From Myxococcota bacterium (GTDB lineage: Bacteria > Myxococcota_A > UBA9042 > PHBI01 > JAWLBL01), in NCBI GenBank assembly GCA_041687695.1, contig JAWLBL010000001.1, positions 355,461 through 419,460 on the forward strand: 64,000 nucleotides of DNA, written 5' to 3'. Of this stretch, positions 57,489 through 64,000 are shown in pieces (within the stretch, counting starts at the first letter, position 1; every line of letters starts with the position of its first letter). Under the pieces are notes generated by a model. The model was not told the origin of the DNA. It worked only from the letters and a program-made list of their open reading frames with translations, and did not search any database. The position numbers and the translations under genes are program-made.

Positions 57489-58466
57489 ATGAAGCCGACG
57501 AGCGACGACAAGGTGACCCGCCGCGAGGTGCTGCTGACCGGCGTGGCCGGGGCGGCGACGCTGGCGACCCTGGGCTGCGCCGAGCGAGGGGCGAGCGCCT
57601 CGCCGCCGGGCCCCGAGGAGGCCTCCGTGACCAACGAGACCCGGCCTGAGCCGGTTCCGGCCGCCCCGACCCGCATGCCGGTCGCCTTCCTGCCCCACGG
57701 CGGCGGGCCGTGGCCCTTCGTCGACCTGGGCTTCCCCAAGGCCGAGCTGGACGAGCTGGCGACCTGGCTGAAGAACGTCGCGACGCTGCCGCGCACGCGT
57801 CCCAAGGCGCTGCTGGTCGTCTCGGCGCACTGGGAGGAGGCGGTCCCGACCCTGATGACCGCGGCCAAGCCGCCCATGCTGTACGACTACTACGGCTTCC
57901 CCGAGGCGTCCTATCGGGTGACCTGGCCGGCCCCCGGAGCGCCCGAGCTGGCGCCGCGCGTCCGCGAGCTGCTGGGCGCCGCCGGCTTCCAGACGGCCGA
58001 GAACGCCGAGCGCGGCTTCGACCACGGCACCTTCGTGCCGCTCAAGCTCACCTACCCCGACGCCGACGTGCCGACGCTGCAGCTGTCGCTCAAGGCCGGC
58101 CTCGACCCGGCCGAGCACCTGGCGATGGGCCGCGCGCTGGCCCCGCTGCGCGACGAGGGCGTCTTCATCGTCGGCAGCGGCATGACCTACCACAACATGC
58201 GGGGCTTCCGAGACCCGCGCTCCAAGCAGCCGGCCGCGGCCTTCGACGCCTGGCTGCGCGAGACCGCCACCGCCGAGGCCGCCGAGCGCGACCGACGTCT
58301 GGCCGCCTGGACCCAGGCCCCGGCGGCGCGCCTGGTCCACCCGCGCGAGGAGCACCTGTTGCCGCTGATGGTCGTCGCGGGCGCCGCCGGCGCCGACCGG
58401 GGCGAGGCGACCTACGGCGGCACCATCATGGGGCTCGTGCACTCGGGCTTCCACTTCGGCGGCTGA
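57489..58466 (+). CDS. Class III extradiol dioxygenase (DODA/YgiD, LigB family) with Tat-lipoprotein-like N-terminus
   Basis: HGGGPWP, SAHWE, YDYYGFP, RGFDHG, GSGMTYHN, HPREEHLLPL. N-terminal TRREVLL...LGC. Confidence 0.9.
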   Translation: MKPTSDDKVTRREVLLTGVAGAATLATLGCAERGASASPPGPEEASVTNETRPEPVPAAPTRMPVAFLPHGGGPWPFVDLGFPKAELDELATWLKNVATLPRTRPKALLVVSAHWEEAVPTLMTAAKPPMLYDYYGFPEASYRVTWPAPGAPELAPRVRELLGAAGFQTAENAERGFDHGTFVPLKLTYPDADVPTLQLSLKAGLDPAEHLAMGRALAPLRDEGVFIVGSGMTYHNMRGFRDPRSKQPAAAFDAWLRETATAEAAERDRRLAAWTQAPAARLVHPREEHLLPLMVVAGAAGADRGEATYGGTIMGLVHSGFHFGG

Positions 58467-58481
58467 GGAAAAGGAAAGGGG

Positions 58482-59087
58482 TCACAGGCGGTTGATGCGC
58501 CAGGCGCCGTCTTCCTTGAAGAAGACGAGGCGGGTGGTCTGGCCGTCGCCGAAGGCGACCTCGGCGTCGACGCTGCCGGCGGCGGCCTCGCGGGGGTCGC
58601 GGACGGTGACGCCGGTCTTGGCCTGGGCGGCCAGCGGGTCGGTGCGCCGGTAGAGGCGCTCGCCGTGGCGCTCGACGGCCTGGGCCAGGTTGCCGGCGAG
58701 GCGCTGGGTGGTGAAGCGCTGCATGCCCGCCAGGTCGCGCGTCTCGGCGGCGGCGGCGAAGCCCTGGACCACCTTGGCCATCTCTTCCAGGTCGGCGTCC
58801 GAGACGGTCACCGAGGCGCCGGTGCCGGGCTCGGTCGGGATCGCGCCCTGGGCTCGGGTCCGCTCGCGCGCGGCCCGGGAGGGCGCCGGAGCCTCGGCGG
58901 GCGTGGGTGCCGGCGCCGGCGGGTCGGCGGCGGGCGCTGGCGCGGGGGTGGGCGCCGCGTCGGGGGTCGCGGCCGCCGGGGGGACGGGCGGGGTCGGCGC
59001 GGGGGCCGGCTCCTTGGAGCCGCAGGCCGAGCAGGCCAGCGCCAGGGCGAGGGCGACGAGGGAGCGGGAGAGCGAGGATGGGGCCAT
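58482..59087 (-). CDS. Hypothetical lipoprotein with Pro/Ala linker
   Basis: Lipobox LALACSAC, P/A-rich linker and C-terminal LVFFKEDGAWRI (NTF2/DUF4878-like, tentative). Confidence 0.78.
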   Translation of the reverse strand: MAPSSLSRSLVALALALACSACGSKEPAPAPTPPVPPAAATPDAAPTPAPAPAADPPAPAPTPAEAPAPSRAARERTRAQGAIPTEPGTGASVTVSDADLEEMAKVVQGFAAAAETRDLAGMQRFTTQRLAGNLAQAVERHGERLYRRTDPLAAQAKTGVTVRDPREAAAGSVDAEVAFGDGQTTRLVFFKEDGAWRINRL

Positions 59088-59389
59088 GGGCGCGCGTCCA
59101 GCGGTGGAGGTTGGGGGCGGGGCCGACCGGTCGAGTAGCAGGCGGGTCGGGCGCGCGCAAGGTGGCCCGAGGCGGCTCCGGGCTGTGACCACCTGTAACC
59201 GGGCAATGGATGCGGCGACGTCCAAGTACGCAGCCACGATCTGGGATCGACGCGGCGGCCGTCGGATCGGAGGGTCGGTCGGCCTTTGAAACCGGCTGTT
59301 AGGACGGTCGGGCTTTTCAGCGACGCGGGTGGCCCGCTAGGGTGGGGTGTATTCGAGCGGGTGACGGGGACGTCCGGAGGCGAGGGGAC

Positions 59390-62300
59390 ATGCGAGTAGT
59401 CACGACGCGGTCGGGCGGGGCCGGCGGCCTCGGTGGGGGGCGCACCGTCGAGAAGCTTGGGCGCTGGGGCGCGGCGCGCCTCGCGCTGGTGCTCACGGCG
59501 GTGATGGCCCTGTCGAGCGCCTGCGGCGACTCGACGACGCCGTTCCAGATCGACGAGGCGTGCAAGGACGAGGGGCGCTGCGCCTGCACGAAGAACACGG
59601 ACTGTCCCTTCGGGCAGCTGTGCGTGGACGGCGTGTGCGGCGTCGTCAAGGCGCCCGAGGACGCGACCGGGGCCGACGCCAAGGTCGACGCGGCGGTGCC
59701 CGACGCGACCGGGCCGGACGCCGAGGGCGACACCGGCGAGCCGCTGGTCGAGGGCGGCTTCCTGTGGCCGTGCACGCTGGGCGCCGACTGCGACTCGGGC
59801 CACTGCGTCAGCTATGGAGCGGGCGGCGTCTGCACCAAGAGCTGCGTGGTCGAGTGCCCGGGCGGCTGGGAGTGCAAGGGCGTGTCGACCGGGCCGGGGA
59901 CGGTGGCCTTCCTGTGCCTGCCGCACCAGGACCGGCTGTGCGCGCCGTGCGAGTCCGACGACGTCTGCGGCGGGGCGGGCAACCGCTGCGTCGAGGTGGG
60001 CGGCGAGGCGCGCTGCGGGCTGAGCTGCGAGGACCGCCCCTGCCCCGGGGGTTACGCCTGCGAGACGGTGAGCAGCCTGGGCGGCGAGGCGAGCAAGCAG
60101 TGTGTCCCGACGCAGGGATCGTGCGAGTGCTCGGCCGACAACGTCGGGGCGGTGTTCCCGTGCTCGGTGACGAACGACATCGGGACCTGCTTCGGCCAGC
60201 GGGCCTGCCAGCCGGACGGCACGCCGGGCCAGTGCAGCGCGGCCACGCCGGCGGTCGAGAGCTGCAACGGCGAGGACGACGACTGCAACGGCTTCATCGA
60301 CGACCAGATCCCGCCCAGCGCCTGTGAAAAGACCAACGACTTCGGCACCTGCGCCGGCCAGCGCATCTGCCTGCCGGGCGGCGTCGAGGTCTGCGGCGCG
60401 GCCGAGCCGGCGGCCGAGACCTGCGACGGGCAGGACAACGACTGCGACGGGCTGACCGACGAGGACTTCAAGGACGCCGAGGGCGTGTTCTCGACCGACG
60501 CGCACTGCGGCGGCTGCGGCGAGGCCTGTGGCAACGTGTTCGCCAACGCGCTGTCGGCCAGCTGCCAGGTGATGGCGGGCGAGGACGGGGCGCCTGGTGC
60601 GCCCGCCTGTGCCATAGACCAGTGCGAGCCGGGCTTTCTGAAGGCCTCGCCGACCCTGTGCGTGCCGGCGCTGCACCACCTGTGCGACCCGTGCACGGTC
60701 GACGCGGACTGCGTGGGGCCGGGCGACCGCTGCCTGCAGCTCGACCCGACCGACGACCGCAAGTTCTGCGGGCGCGACTGCGCCGAGGACAACGCCTACG
60801 GCGAGCCGTGCCCCGACGGCTACGGCTGCCAGGAGGTCACGCTGTCCGGCGGGGCGAGCAGCATGCAGTGCGTGCCCGTCAACGGCTCGTGCGACTGCAG
60901 CGAGGGCAACGCCGGCCAGAAGAAGCCGTGCCTGCTGAAGAACGAGTTCGGCGCCTGCTACGGCGTCGCCACCTGCGACCCGGCGGTCGGCTGGACCGGC
61001 TGCAGCGCCGACGCGCCCCTCGAGGAGGTCTGCAACGGCGTCGACGACAACTGCAACGGGCTGGTGGACGAGGGCCAGGGCGGCGCGCCCTGCTCGCAGG
61101 AGAACGAGCACGGAGCGTGCGCGGGGACCTTCGTGTGCACCGGGGCCGGCGGGCTGGTGTGCACGGCCCAGGCGGCGGCGGCCGAGGTCTGCAACGGCAA
61201 GGACGACGACTGCGACGGCCTGACCGACGAGGGCTTCGCCACCAACCTGACGGACGAGACGGGCGCCGTGGTCGGGCTGCGCTACGACCTGTCGAACGAC
61301 CACTGCGGCGGCTGCGGCCTGCCCTGCGCGGCCAAGGCGCCGGTGACCGAGGTGCAGTGCGACGGGTCGGGCGCGGCCGTGACCTGCGCCGTGCTGGCCT
61401 GCGCGCCCGGTTACTACCCGGTGCAGGGCAAGGCCTGCCTGCCGGTGCCGACCGGCAACTCGTGCCTGCCGTGTGCGTCGGACGCGGCGTGCGTCGGGCC
61501 GAACGACGCGTGCCTGGACTACCCGGACGGCGGGTTCTGCGGGCGCGACTGCACCGAGGGCAGCATCTACTCGGTCGGCGAGCCCGGCGACGACGGGTAC
61601 TGCACCGGGGCCGAGGGCGAGCAGGGGTGCTGCCCGGACGGCTACCTGTGCGGCGAGGGCGGGCACTGCCGGCGCGAGAGCGGGGCCTGCGACTGCGACG
61701 TCGACGGCAAGCTGCGCCCCTGCGCCGTCTCGAACGCCCAGGGGACCTGCCAGGGCGTGTCGATCTGCGTGACCAGCGGCCCCAACGCCGGCTGGCAGGC
61801 CTGCACCGCGGCGACGCCCGAGGCCGAGGTCTGCGACGGCGTCGACAACGACTGCGACGGGCTGGTCGACGCGGCGGACCCGTCGGTGGACACGAGCGGG
61901 GCGCCCGGCTTCCCGGAGTGCCAGAACGTGTCGGACGCGTGCTCCGGGACGTGGACCTGCCAGGACGGGGCCGAGGGCTGGGGCTGGGTGTGCTCGGCGC
62001 GCGAGCCGGCGACCGAGAGCTGCAACGGCTTCGACGACGACTGCGACGGGCTGACCGACGAGGACTTCGCCGACGCCTCGGGCGTGCTGAGCCACATCGA
62101 CAACTGCGGCCAGTGCGGGCTGGACTGCCGGCTGGCGGTCGCCGGGCTGGCGACGGGCGGCGACGGGCAGCCGCTGCCGGGCGCCGTGGCCTGCGAGCTG
62201 GTCGGCGGCGCGCCCAAGTGCGTGCCCAAGCAGTGCGGCGCCGGCTACGCCCCCTACCCCGCCGAGGCGCCCATCCTGTGCCTGCCCCTGACGGCGGCCA

Positions 62301-64000
62301 ACTGCCAGCCGTGCGGCAGCGACGCCGACTGCGGCGGGCAGGGCGACCGGTGCGTCGCGGTCGGCTCGGACGACGGGCAGTTCTGCGCGCAGCGCTGCGA
62401 CGCCGACGCGCCGTACCTGGGCTGCACGGGCGCGCTGGGTGAGCAGGGGTGCTGCCCGGGCGGCTACACCTGCGAGGCCTCGGGCGCGGACAAGCTGTGC
62501 CGACCAGTGAGCGACTCGTGCCAGTGCCAGCCGGGCGCGGACGGCCTGACGCGGCCCTGCACCCTGGACGGCGCGGGCGGCACGAGCTGCTTCGGCGTCG
62601 AGGCCTGCGGCGACCTGGGCGGCGGCGTGTGGGGCTGGGCCAGCTGCGACACCAGCGCCAACGTCGAGGTCTGCGACGGCGCGGACAACGACTGCGACGG
62701 GCTCATCGACGAGGGCTTCCAGACCGGCGGCCAGTACACCAGCGACGATCACTGCGGGGCCTGCGGCGTGTCCTGCAGCCTGCGGTGGAGCGCCGAGGTC
62801 CACCACGTCTTCGGGGTGTGCGACGCGGACCTGCCGGGCGGCCCGGACTGCGCCATCGGCGGCTGCACGACCCAGGTGGCGGGCGGCGGGACGGCCTGCC
62901 TGAGCGACGCGGACTGCGTCGGCGACCCGGCCGGGGCCAGCTGCCTCGTCGAGCTGGGCCAGTGCGGCCAGCTGTGCGCCGACGACCTGGACTGCGACGG
63001 CGGGGCCTGCGTGGACGGGACGTGCGCCACCGGGTGCGCCAACGACGGCGACTGCGCGGCGCTGTACGGCGAGACGGCGCGCTGCCAGGCCGGCGCCTGC
63101 GTCACCGCCTACCAGTGGGTGGATCTGGACGGCCTGACCGGCAACGGCTGCGAGTGCGCAGCGGCGGTCGACCTGGCGCTCGACGAGCCCGACGTGTTCC
63201 CGACCTATCCGGTCGCCGGCCACGAGAGCTTCGACCGCGACTGCGACGGCCTCGACGGTGACGCCGAGACGGCGCTGTTCGTGTCGGCGGCCGCGGCCCC
63301 GGGCGGCGACGGGTCGCGGCAGGCGCCGTTCCAGACCCTCCAGGCGGCCATCGATGCCTTCGGCGCCGGGGACACGCAGATCCTGGTGGCGACCGGCACC
63401 TACGCCGAGCGCATCGTCCTGAAGAACGGCGTCAAGCTGTACGGCGGCTACAGCCTGGACTTCGCGCGCCGCGACATCGTGCTGCGGCCGACGGTCATCG
63501 CCGGGCCGACCCCGACCAGCTTCGGCGGCGCCGGCTTCAAGGCGGGGACCGTCCACGCCGACGGCATCACCAGCGAGACCGTGGTCGCCGGCTTCACCAT
63601 CCGCGGCTACGACGTGGGCGGCGGCGCCGGGTCGTACGGGCAGCCGTCCATCGCGGTCTACACCCGGGCGTCGAACGCGGCGCTGCGGCTGGTCAACAAC
63701 CGCATCCTCGGCGGCCAGGGCGCGCCCGGCGCCCCGGGGGTCAGCGGCCAGTCCGGCGCCGCCGGCGGCAACGGCGCCGACGGGCTGAAGTCGGCCGAGT
63801 GCGAAGACGGTGTGACCTGCTCGGGCGGCAGCTGCAACGAGCTGAACTGCAGCAACCACCAGCAGCCGGGCGGCGCGGGGGGCGCCAACGCGGCGTGCGC
63901 GACGAGCGCGATCGCAGGCTGCCCAGGCATGGAGGCCGAGGGCAGCGAGAGCACGCAGGTCAAGGACGACCCGCCCGCCGGGTGCACCTATGGGCCAGGT
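59390..64000 (+). CDS. Giant Cys-rich lipoprotein (>1530 aa, truncated by window end) with MopE-like CNGxDDDCDG repeats and a DUF1565-like beta-helix region
   Basis: Absent from the ORF track because it has no stop. Frame open from ATG 59390 (RBS GGAGGCGAGGGG). Lipobox LSSAC, seven E.C(N/D)G.D(D/N)(D/N)C(D/N)G..D motifs, GDGSRQAPFQTLQAAI...VATGTY...VKLYGGY, then a Gly-rich segment. Confidence 0.9.
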   Translation, partial: MRVVTTRSGGAGGLGGGRTVEKLGRWGAARLALVLTAVMALSSACGDSTTPFQIDEACKDEGRCACTKNTDCPFGQLCVDGVCGVVKAPEDATGADAKVDAAVPDATGPDAEGDTGEPLVEGGFLWPCTLGADCDSGHCVSYGAGGVCTKSCVVECPGGWECKGVSTGPGTVAFLCLPHQDRLCAPCESDDVCGGAGNRCVEVGGEARCGLSCEDRPCPGGYACETVSSLGGEASKQCVPTQGSCECSADNVGAVFPCSVTNDIGTCFGQRACQPDGTPGQCSAATPAVESCNGEDDDCNGFIDDQIPPSACEKTNDFGTCAGQRICLPGGVEVCGAAEPAAETCDGQDNDCDGLTDEDFKDAEGVFSTDAHCGGCGEACGNVFANALSASCQVMAGEDGAPGAPACAIDQCEPGFLKASPTLCVPALHHLCDPCTVDADCVGPGDRCLQLDPTDDRKFCGRDCAEDNAYGEPCPDGYGCQEVTLSGGASSMQCVPVNGSCDCSEGNAGQKKPCLLKNEFGACYGVATCDPAVGWTGCSADAPLEEVCNGVDDNCNGLVDEGQGGAPCSQENEHGACAGTFVCTGAGGLVCTAQAAAAEVCNGKDDDCDGLTDEGFATNLTDETGAVVGLRYDLSNDHCGGCGLPCAAKAPVTEVQCDGSGAAVTCAVLACAPGYYPVQGKACLPVPTGNSCLPCASDAACVGPNDACLDYPDGGFCGRDCTEGSIYSVGEPGDDGYCTGAEGEQGCCPDGYLCGEGGHCRRESGACDCDVDGKLRPCAVSNAQGTCQGVSICVTSGPNAGWQACTAATPEAEVCDGVDNDCDGLVDAADPSVDTSGAPGFPECQNVSDACSGTWTCQDGAEGWGWVCSAREPATESCNGFDDDCDGLTDEDFADASGVLSHIDNCGQCGLDCRLAVAGLATGGDGQPLPGAVACELVGGAPKCVPKQCGAGYAPYPAEAPILCLPLTAANCQPCGSDADCGGQGDRCVAVGSDDGQFCAQRCDADAPYLGCTGALGEQGCCPGGYTCEASGADKLCRPVSDSCQCQPGADGLTRPCTLDGAGGTSCFGVEACGDLGGGVWGWASCDTSANVEVCDGADNDCDGLIDEGFQTGGQYTSDDHCGACGVSCSLRWSAEVHHVFGVCDADLPGGPDCAIGGCTTQVAGGGTACLSDADCVGDPAGASCLVELGQCGQLCADDLDCDGGACVDGTCATGCANDGDCAALYGETARCQAGACVTAYQWVDLDGLTGNGCECAAAVDLALDEPDVFPTYPVAGHESFDRDCDGLDGDAETALFVSAAAAPGGDGSRQAPFQTLQAAIDAFGAGDTQILVATGTYAERIVLKNGVKLYGGYSLDFARRDIVLRPTVIAGPTPTSFGGAGFKAGTVHADGITSETVVAGFTIRGYDVGGGAGSYGQPSIAVYTRASNAALRLVNNRILGGQGAPGAPGVSGQSGAAGGNGADGLKSAECEDGVTCSGGSCNELNCSNHQQPGGAGGANAACATSAIAGCPGMEAEGSESTQVKDDPPAGCTYGPG

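Noticed and set aside
59280..59340. Possible further IS/MITE end remnant (GGCTGTTAGG...GGCTTTTCAGCGAC)
   Set aside because: The similarity is too short and there is no convincing paired terminal repeat.
58808..63859. 1683-aa - strand ORF
   Set aside because: Antisense shadow of the giant Cys-rich + strand gene, with no motifs of its own.

Overview
This is a very GC-rich bacterial chromosomal segment. The many secreted Cys-rich proteins suggest a Myxococcota-like organism, which is an inference. It carries about 47 protein genes. Recognisable housekeeping genes are prfC, glgP, an FKBP, an acyl-CoA ligase, two identical initiator tRNA-Met genes, a VapBC-type toxin-antitoxin pair and an 8-gene MoxR/ABC/DUF58/vWA operon. 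Several large Cys-rich surface proteins are present, including one of more than 1500 aa that runs off the right end. The best candidate for an undescribed system is 25.2-32.7 kb, where two convergent two-gene operons each pair a putative enzyme with a paralogous TPR protein. The enzymes are a DUF483-like Cys-motif protein and a PhyH-type dioxygenase fused to a transglutaminase-like domain. Other unusual structure: (1) two 42-bp-period arrays of GGT..ACC quasi-palindromes at 15.1 and 55.6 kb; (2) a small repeat with terminal inverted repeats and REP-like hairpins in three copies, one lying between two orphan antitoxin-like genes; (3) a 12-bp ANGGA repeat array in an apparent 5' leader; (4) kilobase-scale G-versus-C strand-bias domains. 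No CRISPR array, integrase, transposase or reverse transcriptase was seen. All family assignments come from motif recognition by eye, not from database searches.
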